A stretch of 64,000 nucleotides of DNA from Candidatus Moraniibacteriota bacterium (GCA_018062205.1 JAGOSP010000001.1:34810-98809); one strand, 5' to 3'; positions 9,480 to 18,707 are shown, counted from the first letter of the stretch. The notes: generated by a model not told the origin, from the sequence alone. Program-made: numbers and translations.

Positions 9480-9908
9480 TTATTCCTTGGGAGCACTGTC
9501 TTTGTGCGAGGAAGAAAGAAGTTGTGCAAGTGTCATCTCGGCGAGAGTGTCCTCGATACTTTTTTCAAGAGCTTTCCAGATTTGATTTGTCTGGCAATGG
9601 GTCAGCTTGGGGTAGGGAGAGGAGCGAGTTAGTTTTGGCGGAGAGAAATTTTTGAAGCCACTATCGAGGGCAATGACGACATCCAAAACGGAAATGTCCG
9701 CGGTATCTCGAGCGAGAGCATACCCACCTCCCTGACCTTTGGCAGCAGTGACGAGACTGGCTTTTCGGAGAGACTGGAGGATCTTATGGAGGTAATCTTC
9801 AGGCATATCCTCAGTATGTGCGAGTTCGTGGACAGAGAGCTCCCCACCGTTTCTGGCAAGGGCTGCTGCTGCTCGGAGGCCATAGTAAGCTTTTTTTGAG
9901 ATACGCAT
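9480..9908 (-). CDS. Rrf2-family transcriptional regulator (IscR/SufR-like; apparently lacks the 3-Cys cluster ligands)
   Basis: N-terminal wHTH MRISKKAYYGLRAAAALA...SVHELA, 142 aa. First gene of the sufCBD operon. Confidence 0.8.
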   Translation of the reverse strand: MRISKKAYYGLRAAAALARNGGELSVHELAHTEDMPEDYLHKILQSLRKASLVTAAKGQGGGYALARDTADISVLDVVIALDSGFKNFSPPKLTRSSPYPKLTHCQTNQIWKALEKSIEDTLAEMTLAQLLSSSHKDSAPKE

Positions 9909-9911
9909 AAT

Positions 9912-9926
9912 AGTGGACTTATTAAG
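9912..9926. promoter_or_regulatory. Near-perfect palindrome GGACTTA(t)TAAGTCC overlapping the rrf2 start region; candidate autoregulatory operator
   Basis: 7-bp arms with one central base, located 4 bp from the Rrf2 ATG. Confidence 0.3.
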
Positions 9927-10037
9927 TCCATATTATAGGAGAATGGGAGAGAAAGTCAAGGGAAATATGAATATTGGACAGAATACGAAAATTATGCTAT
10001 AATAGAAATGTTTGATACAGAATAATACTTCAGATAT

Positions 10038-10829
10038 ATGGGAACATCAGGACCACTTCTTATGGTGCAGTTTCGAACTGATGCACGAGGGATTGAACTT
10101 GAACAAAGAGCCTTCAGAGAGAAATTTTCGTCAGTGGAGAACTTTACGCAGGAGATTATTTTCCTGAATGCTTTTGATGCGGAAAATGAGATTTATCTTT
10201 TGCAGCCAGCAACGCTTTTGACTGGCGTGCAAGGAGTGATTCTTGGTGGATCAGCAGAATTTTATTTTGGTGGCAATCTCTCTCCAGAGAATGAGGAACA
10301 GCATCAGTCTATGCTTCAGCGCATGCGGCCGTTTGTTTCTTATCTTTTCGAACAGGATATTCCGACACTGGGTATTTGTTTTGGGCATCAGCTTTTGGCC
10401 ACCTTTCTTGGCGAAACCGTTGTAAATGATCTTGAGCAAGCGGAGGCTGGATCTTTTTCAGTTCGCATGACGCTCGATGGACGACAAGATCCTTTGTTCG
10501 CTGGTGTGCCTGATGATTGGAAAGCATTTTTTATGCATCGAGACAGCGCGTTTGAAGTGCCACGAGAAGCGATATTGCTGGCAAGCGGAGAGCGTTCGCG
10601 AGTCGGAGCTTTTCGCTATAAAACTCGAGTATATGGAGTGCAATTTCACCCAGAACTAGATCGACAAGATCATGAAGAACGACTCCGATTGCATCCGGAA
10701 TATATTTCGGGCAACATGGAAGATTTTTTTGCGTCGCTTGAATGGGTGCCACATGCACGGAAGATTCTCTGGAACTTTTTGGCTATCACGGATGAGTTCG
10801 CTTTTGAAAGAGTGAAGACTCTGGAGTAA
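10038..10829 (+). CDS. Class I glutamine amidotransferase-like protein
   Basis: GICFGHQLL catalytic Cys motif and a downstream HPE motif (FHPELD). Confidence 0.7.
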   Translation: MGTSGPLLMVQFRTDARGIELEQRAFREKFSSVENFTQEIIFLNAFDAENEIYLLQPATLLTGVQGVILGGSAEFYFGGNLSPENEEQHQSMLQRMRPFVSYLFEQDIPTLGICFGHQLLATFLGETVVNDLEQAEAGSFSVRMTLDGRQDPLFAGVPDDWKAFFMHRDSAFEVPREAILLASGERSRVGAFRYKTRVYGVQFHPELDRQDHEERLRLHPEYISGNMEDFFASLEWVPHARKILWNFLAITDEFAFERVKTLE

Positions 10830-10924
10830 GAGAGATCTCTCTTCGCAGAAAATGGGAGAAGATGCGAAAAGGTACTTCTGCATATCCTTGTTCATCACTC
10901 AGAAGTACGGTACACTGTTTTCTT

Positions 10925-11884
10925 ATGCGAAATTTTTTGACACAATTGCCGAAGCCGTTTTTTGCGATGGCGCCGATGGCTGATGTTACTGACGCGGCTT
11001 TTCGGCGTTTGTTTGCCAAATATGGCAAACCGGATGTAACGTGGACGGAATTCGTTTCGGCTGATGGTCTTTGCCATCCCGTGGGGCGTCAGGTACTAGT
11101 GACAGATTTCCTTTACACGGAAGCTGAGCGACCAATTGTGGCCCAGGTATTTACAGCACATCCAGAAAAAATGCGTGAAGCAGCCGCTTTTATTGCTGAG
11201 CTTGGTTTCGATGGACTTGATATCAACATGGGCTGTCCTGATAAAAGTATTTTGAAACAGGGAGCAGGAGCCAAGCTCATACAAAATCCATCACTTGCAC
11301 AAGAGCTCATTGCTGCGGCGAAAGAGGGTGTTGAGAATACCATTCCGGTTTCTGTAAAAACACGCATTGGGTTTTGTCACAATGAAATTGAAACGTGGGT
11401 ACCAGCACTCCTCGCAGCGAAGCCAGCGGCGATTACGGTGCATGCTCGAACCAAGAAAGAGCTTTCACTCGTACCGGCTCGATGGGAGCATGTTACGCGG
11501 GCAGTCGAGCTGGCGCGGGGGACGGGAGTCTCTATCATTGGAAATGGTGATGTGAAGAGTATGGAAGAGGCCCGAGCACGAGCGAACGAAACAGGGTGTG
11601 ACGGTGTGATGATTGGACGCGGACTTTTTGGCAATCCCTGGTTTTTTACGGAATCATTTCCTGAGTCAGTCGAAGAACGACTTCGGGTGATGTGTGAGCA
11701 TACAGAAATATACGAAGAACTTTTTTTGGGGAAGAAAAGTTTTGCGCTGATGAAGAAACACTATCAGGCATATGTGCATGGTTTCGACGGAGCGAAAGAA
11801 TTACGGACCGCTCTCATGGACTGCGAGGATGCGGTCGCGGTGCGAAATTGTACGCAAATATTCCTGGAAAAAAGAACTTTTTAA
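10925..11884 (+). CDS. dus: tRNA-dihydrouridine synthase
   Basis: FAMAPMADVTDAAFR N-terminal motif, DINMGCP, TIM-barrel FMN enzyme. Start at M22 of the track ORF. Confidence 0.85.
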   Translation: MRNFLTQLPKPFFAMAPMADVTDAAFRRLFAKYGKPDVTWTEFVSADGLCHPVGRQVLVTDFLYTEAERPIVAQVFTAHPEKMREAAAFIAELGFDGLDINMGCPDKSILKQGAGAKLIQNPSLAQELIAAAKEGVENTIPVSVKTRIGFCHNEIETWVPALLAAKPAAITVHARTKKELSLVPARWEHVTRAVELARGTGVSIIGNGDVKSMEEARARANETGCDGVMIGRGLFGNPWFFTESFPESVEERLRVMCEHTEIYEELFLGKKSFALMKKHYQAYVHGFDGAKELRTALMDCEDAVAVRNCTQIFLEKRTF

Positions 11885-12036
11885 TGGAATATATTTCGGA
11901 TATTTTACCATTGGTTTCTCTTGGGAACAAAAAAAGAGAGCGACTTTTTTTCCCTGCGAATACAGAAATTCGTATGGTCCAAAAGAAGTCCTGTTCCTTC
12001 TTTGTAGAGCAAATTTCTGCTCTATGAAAAAAAAAG

Positions 12037-12068
12037 AAAAGCCCGCCTCTTGGGGGAGGCGGGGTGAG
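12037..12068 (-). terminator. Intrinsic terminator downstream of pyrC (GCCCGCCTC...GAGGCGGG with a T-run on the minus strand)
   Basis: 9-bp GC-rich stem with an A-run on plus, which is a T-run on minus, immediately after the pyrC stop. Confidence 0.6.
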
Positions 12069-12100
12069 CCATGAGAAATATAAGCGCCGATGAGTTCGAA

Positions 12101-13165
12101 CTAGGTGTTCTGGACTTGCCAGAACACCTGCTCTTCGGCGCGGAGCGGAACCAGAACGCTTTCCCCGAATGGGTAGGTTGCAGGGACAATCCAGGGTTCC
12201 TGGATGAGTGTCACGGTATCTGTATTGTGCGGAAGACCGTAGAAGTCAGCACCAAAGAAACTGGCGAAGCCTTCGAGTCGATCGAGTCGGTTGACACTAT
12301 CAAAGGCCTCAACATAGAGCGGGAGGGCAGCATGAGCGGTGTAGCATCCTGCACATCCGCACGCTGCTTCCTTTGCGCCTTGCGCATGGGGCGCCGAGTC
12401 CGTACCGAGGAAAAACTTCGGATTACCGGAAGTGGCAGCGCGGAGGAGTGCTTGGCGATGTTTTTCCCGCTTGAGCACCGGCAGACAGTAGTGGTGTGGA
12501 CGAAGGCCTCCCTGGAAAATGGCATTCCGGTTGTAGAGGAGGTGATGCGCTGTGATTGTCGCAGCGACATTGGGGCCGGTCTTTTCCACGAACTCGACGG
12601 CTTCACCCGTGGTGATGTGTTCCAGCACGATGTGGAGATTGGGGAACTTTTCGAGCAGCCATTCGAGGGTCTCCTTGAGAAAAACCGCTTCCCGATCAAA
12701 GATGTCGACATCCCCTTGGTCATTCCTGAGGGTTTCGCCATGAAGGGAGAGAACCAGACCGTGTTGCTCCATAGCCGAAAAAACCGGCTGGAGCCGTTTG
12801 ATATCGGTCACGCCATCGGCGGAATTGGTGGTGGCATTCGCTGGATAAAGCTTGGCTGCCAGGATGCAATGGTCACTTGCTGCCAGGTTGATATCCGCCA
12901 CAGAAGTGCGGTGAGTGAGATAAATGGTCATGAGCGGCCCAAATCGGCGGGCGACGCCAGTCTTGTCACAAAGAGCCGAAAAAATTCTGCGGCGGTAACT
13001 GTGAGCTTCGGATGTGGATGAAATCGGCGGCTTGAGATTGGGCATGATGAGCGCCCGTCCGAAAACATTCGCGGTATGTCCCAGTACTGCTCGCATGTTT
13101 TCTCCATCCCGAAGGTGCAGATGCCAGTCATCCGGCCGACAGAGCGTAATGGTTTTTTTGGTCAT
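12101..13165 (-). CDS. pyrC: Dihydroorotase (class II, homodimeric E. coli-like type)
   Basis: N-terminus MTKKTITLCRPDDWHLHLRDG with the DxHxH metal-binding motif. About 350 aa. A notably GC-rich ORF. Confidence 0.85.
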   Translation of the reverse strand: MTKKTITLCRPDDWHLHLRDGENMRAVLGHTANVFGRALIMPNLKPPISSTSEAHSYRRRIFSALCDKTGVARRFGPLMTIYLTHRTSVADINLAASDHCILAAKLYPANATTNSADGVTDIKRLQPVFSAMEQHGLVLSLHGETLRNDQGDVDIFDREAVFLKETLEWLLEKFPNLHIVLEHITTGEAVEFVEKTGPNVAATITAHHLLYNRNAIFQGGLRPHHYCLPVLKREKHRQALLRAATSGNPKFFLGTDSAPHAQGAKEAACGCAGCYTAHAALPLYVEAFDSVNRLDRLEGFASFFGADFYGLPHNTDTVTLIQEPWIVPATYPFGESVLVPLRAEEQVFWQVQNT

Positions 13166-13191
13166 GGTGATACCTCCTGTTTCGGTTGTTG

Positions 13192-14178
13192 TTACGTAAA
13201 GATCTCGTGTGCTGCTCTGATGATGGTTGGCATGCGCCAGGGCATGACGACTGCGAGTGACCCAACAAAGACAGCGTCACAACCAGCTTGGTAAAGCTGT
13301 CTGAGATCGTGAACGGTTCGAATACCATTGCCGCCGACGATCGGTACGATGACACCACTGTCTCGGAGTTCGTGTACTTTACGCATGGTTATCGGTAAAC
13401 ACTCCGGACTCGAGAGTCCTCCGTCGGCCGCTATACCACGTCTCCGAATGGGCGACGTCGTCCCGAAGCGTGCCCAATCAATGTCTTGGCTAGCTGCCTG
13501 GTCTCCGAAGGGGATGGTGTTTCCGATCCAGAGGGCATCGGCAACACGGGCGGCCTCGATGAGTACGGCCGTTGGCATGAGGGCATTGGTGTTGATGACA
13601 ACGGGGATACCAAGTGCTGCCTTGGCTTGCTCAATCAGGCTGCATATCTCCGCGTAAAATTCCGATGGATCGTGTCCGCTATTCGGGCAACCGAAATTCA
13701 TTTGCAGGGCAACTGGGGCCCTGAAGGGGAGATGCCGCCCGAAGAGTTGGCAGAACAACTGAAGCTCCGCTTCGCGTCCACTTTTGTCTTCGGCGACAAG
13801 CATGACGGAAATGAAGAAAGGCTGCTGAATTTGGTGGTAACGGCCCGTACGGAGGTAAAAATCAGCTCCGAAGTTCGAGAGTCCAACCGCATTGATCATT
13901 TCGCCACCATGACGGAAGCTTGCCCAAATGGATTGAGGGAAAAGCTCTACCGGAGTAGTTCCATCATTTTGGAGAGGCATATTGCCTGCTTCGCCGAATT
14001 CCTTTCCGCGTCTTGGATCGAGGGTGAGTGTTTTGCCGGCGAATCCAGTACCCTGCCACGTCATGCCGGCGTACTGCCAGTATTTATGAAATGGGTATCC
14101 TTCTCCGAAAAATCCTCGAGATCCTGTGGCACAAAAGATGGGGTCGAACACGTTCTGTTCTTTTCCAAGTCTGAACAT
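13192..14178 (-). CDS. pyrD: Dihydroorotate dehydrogenase-like FMN-dependent TIM-barrel oxidoreductase
   Basis: NFGCPN and VGGNGI...DA...FVGS motifs. AAGGAG Shine-Dalgarno 6 nt upstream of ATG at 14178. GC-rich. Adjacent to pyrC. Confidence 0.6.
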   Translation of the reverse strand: MFRLGKEQNVFDPIFCATGSRGFFGEGYPFHKYWQYAGMTWQGTGFAGKTLTLDPRRGKEFGEAGNMPLQNDGTTPVELFPQSIWASFRHGGEMINAVGLSNFGADFYLRTGRYHQIQQPFFISVMLVAEDKSGREAELQLFCQLFGRHLPFRAPVALQMNFGCPNSGHDPSEFYAEICSLIEQAKAALGIPVVINTNALMPTAVLIEAARVADALWIGNTIPFGDQAASQDIDWARFGTTSPIRRRGIAADGGLSSPECLPITMRKVHELRDSGVIVPIVGGNGIRTVHDLRQLYQAGCDAVFVGSLAVVMPWRMPTIIRAAHEIFT

Positions 14179-14289
14179 CTGTTTCTCCTTTTCCTCGATC
14201 AAATTGTTAAGGTATGAAAAAATCGGAATGATTCCGATTTTGGCTAGTATAAAAGATAATAACCGATATGTCAATCGGTAACGTCGGTA

Positions 14290-15495
14290 TTACTTATATC
14301 GAAGGGCTTCAAGCGTGTCGATGCGAGAGGCTTTGCGGGCTGGAAATATACCCGTCGCAAATCCAACCCCCGCGCCAAACAAGATGACGGTCGAGACAAA
14401 CCAGAAGGGACTAAAGAAGAGATCTACTGATTCGCCGCCGAAGCGGGTGGCAATCATATTGATAAGTATATTAAGCACCTCGCCTTCAAGAAATCCAAGG
14501 ATAACTCCTCCCAGGGCGCCAAGGAGACCCATAATGGTTGATTCTGTAAGAAACATAAGAGCAATGCTGCGTTTGGCGGCCCCGATGGCCTTCATGATGC
14601 CGATTTCTTCTGTGCGTTCAAGTAGAGCGATAGTCATGGTATTAAACATACCGATAGCGGAAACGATCAGGGCGATAAGACCGAAAATCATGAGAACGAC
14701 TTGCACGGCACCGAAGACCTTATTGGCCTGATCAACTGTTTCAGATATAGAGGACGCAGCGAGACCGAGCTCTTCAATTTGTGTTCGCACGCTATCAAGA
14801 GTGCTTGTTGAGGAGCATTTCACTTTCAACTTAGTATAGGAGGTAAGCGGGAATCCATCGAGCGAATCGAGTGAAAGATAGACGATGTTTTCCTCTCCCT
14901 GCACAACACCCACAATGGTATAGGATTCTTTGAGAGCGAAGGCGCTTCTTTTTTGTGAACGTCCACTCGTATCAGTTTGAAAGAGGGTAATCGCAACTGG
15001 CTTGCCAATCATTTCTTCGGGAGTGAGATTGAATACCTTGGCCACTGCTTGGGTAATAACGATGTTTGTTGTTTCCTCTTTGGTAAAGAAACGCCCGGTA
15101 CTGATCTTGAGACCTTCGCTTTTGAGAAAAGAGGCTGGAGCGCTGACGGTATTGATATCGAGAGTCACCGTATCAAATTTTCCTTGGCCGGCAAGCTCAA
15201 GAACGGGGATTGTATCGGTGACATTCGGGAGAGACTGAAGCGTTTTGAGCGTCTCATCGTTGAGGGGAATCGTATTTTCGTCCGAGGTCTGAGTAACATC
15301 AAGGCTGACCAACGCATCAGAAGTAGTGATTTTTTGGAGGAGGGTTCTTTGGAGTCCATAGCCAAAAGAAACCAGAAAAATAATTGCAGCAATACCGACG
15401 CTCATACCAAGGACGGTCAAAAAGGTTCTCATGGCTCGAGCCTTGAACATACGAAGAGACAGCTTAATAAGGTCAAAAATCCGCATAGTTACCAA
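14290..15495 (-). CDS. ABC transporter permease of the FtsX/MacB family
   Basis: N-terminal TM helix, a large periplasmic domain, then C-terminal TM helices with an FtsX-like GIMKAIGA motif. Confidence 0.8.
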   Translation of the reverse strand: MVTMRIFDLIKLSLRMFKARAMRTFLTVLGMSVGIAAIIFLVSFGYGLQRTLLQKITTSDALVSLDVTQTSDENTIPLNDETLKTLQSLPNVTDTIPVLELAGQGKFDTVTLDINTVSAPASFLKSEGLKISTGRFFTKEETTNIVITQAVAKVFNLTPEEMIGKPVAITLFQTDTSGRSQKRSAFALKESYTIVGVVQGEENIVYLSLDSLDGFPLTSYTKLKVKCSSTSTLDSVRTQIEELGLAASSISETVDQANKVFGAVQVVLMIFGLIALIVSAIGMFNTMTIALLERTEEIGIMKAIGAAKRSIALMFLTESTIMGLLGALGGVILGFLEGEVLNILINMIATRFGGESVDLFFSPFWFVSTVILFGAGVGFATGIFPARKASRIDTLEALRYK

Positions 15496-15507
15496 AGACG
15501 ATAGAGA

Positions 15508-16815
15508 TTAGCTAAACTTAAGGAGCATGATGATTTCAATTTCTCGCGCAACTTTTTCGACAGTATTTTTGTGGAGTCCAACACCATCCTGAATCATTGG
15601 GGCATCAAGGCGTTTACGAAGTTCAATCTGACCGATTTGGCTTTCGATACGGAGCTTGAGGGTTGCTTGGAATCGGAGTAATCTTTTTGCATCGAGCTTG
15701 AGATGGAAATGAGTAATAAGATAGCTTGCGAGTAAAATCGGAGCATGATCAGCATCGGTTTTCATGGATTGAGCGAGTGAGAGTATTTCTTCAGTCCGAG
15801 CTGAGAAGGATTCGGCGCGCATATGATTCCAGCCGGCACCACCTTTTTCTAGATCTAAGTCAAGCCGTTCGACAAAAGTAGCGTTGTTAATGTTCTTGAA
15901 AAGGAGTTCTTTAAGGAAGGCCTCAGCCATGGAGACCTGCTCTTCGTTGAGTTCGGAAAGAAGATGGGAGATAAGTTGTTTTGCTTTGAAAGGAACCAAG
16001 AGCACATCAACTTGTTGAGGTAAGAGGCTCTTGAAGGAGGCCATGAGCATTTTGAGTTCAGGATTCGTTTCGTCGGGCTCTTCTTCCTCGTCTCGTTTAT
16101 GATGAACAATAGCACGTTTTTCCTTGTGGATTTCTTCCTTGATGATGCGCCCGTCTTTCATGTGAATGACGCGATCGGCATATTGAAGATGCTCGGGATT
16201 ATGCGTGACCATGACGATGGTTTTTTGGTCAACTTCATTGAGTTCTTTCAGGATTTTCAAAACATTCTCAGCGCTTTCGCTATCAAGGTTTCCGACTGGT
16301 TCATCAGCAAGAATGATATCAGGGTTATTTACAAGCGATCGAGCAATAGCAACACGCTGTTTTTGTCCGCCGGAGAGTTGATTGGGGAATTTATCTGCTT
16401 GTTCGGCAATACCAAAACGGCGAAGGAGTTGATATCCGACCTCAAGTCGATCTTTCGGTGCTTCCCCACGGAATACCTTTGGAAGAACGACGTTGTCAAT
16501 GATATTGAGAGAAGGAATCAAATAGAAAGCTTGGAATACCATGCCAATAGCGGTCTGATGAAGTTCGAGTTCTTCGAGTTCGTTCATCTGCGCGATTGAT
16601 TTCCCTTTGACACTGACATCTCCGTAGGTTGCTGATTGGAGCCCGGAAAGCGAGTACAGGAGGGTGGATTTTCCGCAACCCGATGGACCAAAAATAATCA
16701 CATATTCATGCGGGTAGATAGTCAGGCTGGTTTCCTCAAGAGCACGCGATTCATTGGATTTCCCCTGATTGTAGACAATCCGAAGTTTATCGACAGAAAT
16801 AATTGGCTCGCTCAT
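15508..16815 (-). CDS. ABC transporter ATP-binding protein (MacB-like ATPase with an about 200-aa C-terminal extension of unknown function)
   Basis: Walker A GPSGCGKSTLL, signature LSGGQKQRVAIARSL, Walker B ILADEPVGNLD. The C-terminal half has no recognised domain. Confidence 0.85.
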   Translation of the reverse strand: MSEPIISVDKLRIVYNQGKSNESRALEETSLTIYPHEYVIIFGPSGCGKSTLLYSLSGLQSATYGDVSVKGKSIAQMNELEELELHQTAIGMVFQAFYLIPSLNIIDNVVLPKVFRGEAPKDRLEVGYQLLRRFGIAEQADKFPNQLSGGQKQRVAIARSLVNNPDIILADEPVGNLDSESAENVLKILKELNEVDQKTIVMVTHNPEHLQYADRVIHMKDGRIIKEEIHKEKRAIVHHKRDEEEEPDETNPELKMLMASFKSLLPQQVDVLLVPFKAKQLISHLLSELNEEQVSMAEAFLKELLFKNINNATFVERLDLDLEKGGAGWNHMRAESFSARTEEILSLAQSMKTDADHAPILLASYLITHFHLKLDAKRLLRFQATLKLRIESQIGQIELRKRLDAPMIQDGVGLHKNTVEKVAREIEIIMLLKFS

Positions 16816-17101
16816 TATTTTTGATTTTGAAAGCAGAATATCTTTTGTAAGAATAGCATAGGCAGGGCATTTTTCTCAATTCTTGTTGAGGTATTGTTTG
16901 TGGTGGAAGTGGCTTTGCTTGTGTGGTTTTCATAGGGTATGATACAGAAAGGTTTTTTTGCATAGCATTATGAAGTCACCTCTTTTTGTCTTACTTGGGT
17001 TTATACATATTATTCTCTTAACACTGATCCTTCTTTGGTTTTTGAAATAAGGAGGGACGAGATATCTTATGTAGAAGGGTATTTTTTGGGCAAGCTCGAA
17101 G

Positions 17102-17851
17102 ATGTTTTTTATGGAAATACACAAAAATACCAGGGCGTATCTTGACCGAATATTTACTCTCGGGTTTTTCTGCCATGATGAATTGGTGAGAATGCTTTCA
17201 CGATATTATTCTCTCGTAAAACGGCTATTGCTCGTGGTCGCTTCTTCAGTACTAGTTTCCTTTTTTTTGCCGATATTTACTTCGTTGCGCGGAGACTTTG
17301 GGGAAATTGCGGGAAATATATTGATTTTCATTCTTTTCCTCAGTCCGATCTCTGTAATTTTTCGTACACGACTACTCTTTTTGTTAATGGGTCTGCGTAG
17401 AGAGCTGGGTATTCTTATGGGGTATCTTGCTCTCGTGCATGGTATGGGATATTTTATTACTCCACATTTTTTTTGGGTGACTCATGGCAGTTTTTGGACT
17501 GGCATGAGTGTTTCTTGGGAAAAAGGAATTGTGACTGGATTGATTGGTCTTCTCCTTATCTTGCCACCTCTTCTGACATCGAATAATTTTTCGGTACGTG
17601 TATTGGGAGGGAAACAATGGAAGCAATGGCATCGTCTTGTATACCCAGCCTTTTTCTTTATTGTATTTCATCGGTTTTTTATGAGCACATCCGATTGGTT
17701 TGGAGTTCCTTTTTTTGAATCGATTCTCTTGTTGATCGGATACGTGATAGTGAAATTTCTTGCCTGGCGACCGGCAGCTTTTCCGTGGCTTCGGGAGAAT
17801 ATTGTTTGGATGAATCTTCGTTATCAACAATATCAGAATACGAAGTCTTGA
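17102..17851 (+). CDS. Ferric reductase-like transmembrane protein (MsrQ/YedZ-like heme-binding membrane subunit)
   Basis: Multi-TM protein with RRELGILMGYLALVHGMGYF and KQWKQWHRLVYPAFFFIVFH motifs, which resemble the His-containing helices of YedZ/MsrQ. Confidence 0.5.
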   Translation: MFFMEIHKNTRAYLDRIFTLGFFCHDELVRMLSRYYSLVKRLLLVVASSVLVSFFLPIFTSLRGDFGEIAGNILIFILFLSPISVIFRTRLLFLLMGLRRELGILMGYLALVHGMGYFITPHFFWVTHGSFWTGMSVSWEKGIVTGLIGLLLILPPLLTSNNFSVRVLGGKQWKQWHRLVYPAFFFIVFHRFFMSTSDWFGVPFFESILLLIGYVIVKFLAWRPAAFPWLRENIVWMNLRYQQYQNTKS

Positions 17852-17943
17852 AGCGATTGGGAATTTGATTGTTTGCATTGCGCGTAATCATATACTGCAG
17901 AGCAGTGTAAAGAGGACTTATTTCTGAAAATCTGTCGAAAACA

Positions 17944-17990
17944 AGAAAACACCGTTCATCTCCTGAACGGTGTTTTCTTGTTTTGATTCG
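17944..17990. terminator. Bidirectional intrinsic terminator (AACACCGTTCA...TGAACGGTGTT)
   Basis: 10-bp perfect stem flanked by an A-rich and a T-rich run, between convergent genes. Confidence 0.65.
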
Positions 17991-18005
17991 TGACCAGCGT
18001 TTTGT

Positions 18006-18350
18006 TTATTTCACGCTGTTGACGAATGCTGTGAAGGTTGCGGGCTCGTTAGTAGCCATTTGGGAGAGCACCTTTCGATCAAGCTCAATATTCTTTTCTT
18101 TCTCTAAAGCAATGAAGGCGCGGTAGGTGATGCCGTGTTCACGCAAAGCGTTGTTGAGGCGGATAATCCACAAAGAGCGAAAGGTTCGCTTTTTGGCACG
18201 TCGATCACGGCGAGCATAGACACCGGCCTTGATGACAGCCTCTTTTGCTTTGGTGAATAATTTTTTTCGTCCCCAACGAAAGCCCTTGGCTTTCTCAAGA
18301 ATATTGTTGTGGCGCTTTTTGGTCATGACGCCACGCTTGACTCTGGTCAT
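18006..18350 (-). CDS. rplT: 50S ribosomal protein L20
   Basis: MTRVKRGVMTKKRHNNILEKAKGFRWGRKKLFTKAKEAVIKAG... is the canonical L20 sequence. Confidence 0.95.
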   Translation of the reverse strand: MTRVKRGVMTKKRHNNILEKAKGFRWGRKKLFTKAKEAVIKAGVYARRDRRAKKRTFRSLWIIRLNNALREHGITYRAFIALEKEKNIELDRKVLSQMATNEPATFTAFVNSVK

Positions 18351-18462
18351 AAAATAGTGTGTTTACTGTGGATAAATAAGCAGAAGTTTTTTCTTTGTGG
18401 AACCGAAATGTCAGGGTAGCAGGTCTTTCTCTGGAAAGTCAACTCATCGAGGAACAAGTTCT

Positions 18463-18660
18463 TTAAACGTATGGCATGACGCGGAGGAGATTCTTTTCGT
18501 CAGCACGGACAGCAATACCGGCATCAGAGCGCTTGTTGCGAGTTGCAACTCCCGTGTCACGAACATTGTAGTGGTTGTGGCCAGTTGAACGACGAGTAAC
18601 TTTTCCTGATCCAGTGACTCGGAATTTCTTGCTGACAGATTTGTTCGTCTTCTGTTTCAT
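18463..18660 (-). CDS. rpmI: 50S ribosomal protein L35
   Basis: MKQKTNKSVSKKFRVTGSGKVTRRSTGHNH matches the L35 pattern (KxxxxxKKRFKVTGSGK). Start at M15 of the track ORF. Confidence 0.85.
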   Translation of the reverse strand: MKQKTNKSVSKKFRVTGSGKVTRRSTGHNHYNVRDTGVATRNKRSDAGIAVRADEKNLLRVMPYV

Positions 18661-18707
18661 AAACTTGCTTGATTCAGGGATAATTATTGATTGATGCTGC
18701 AACGTGA

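Noticed and set aside
12071-14217. Long plus-strand ORFs (316 and 243 aa) antisense to pyrC and the pyrD-like gene
   Set aside because: The minus-strand genes have clear family motifs (DDWHLHLRDG; NFGCPN...GGNGI). Long antisense ORFs are the expected artefact of GC-rich coding DNA.
14315-14731. 138-aa plus-strand ORF antisense to the FtsX-like permease
   Set aside because: Pro/Arg-rich, low-complexity translation. It lies antisense to a well-supported membrane permease gene.
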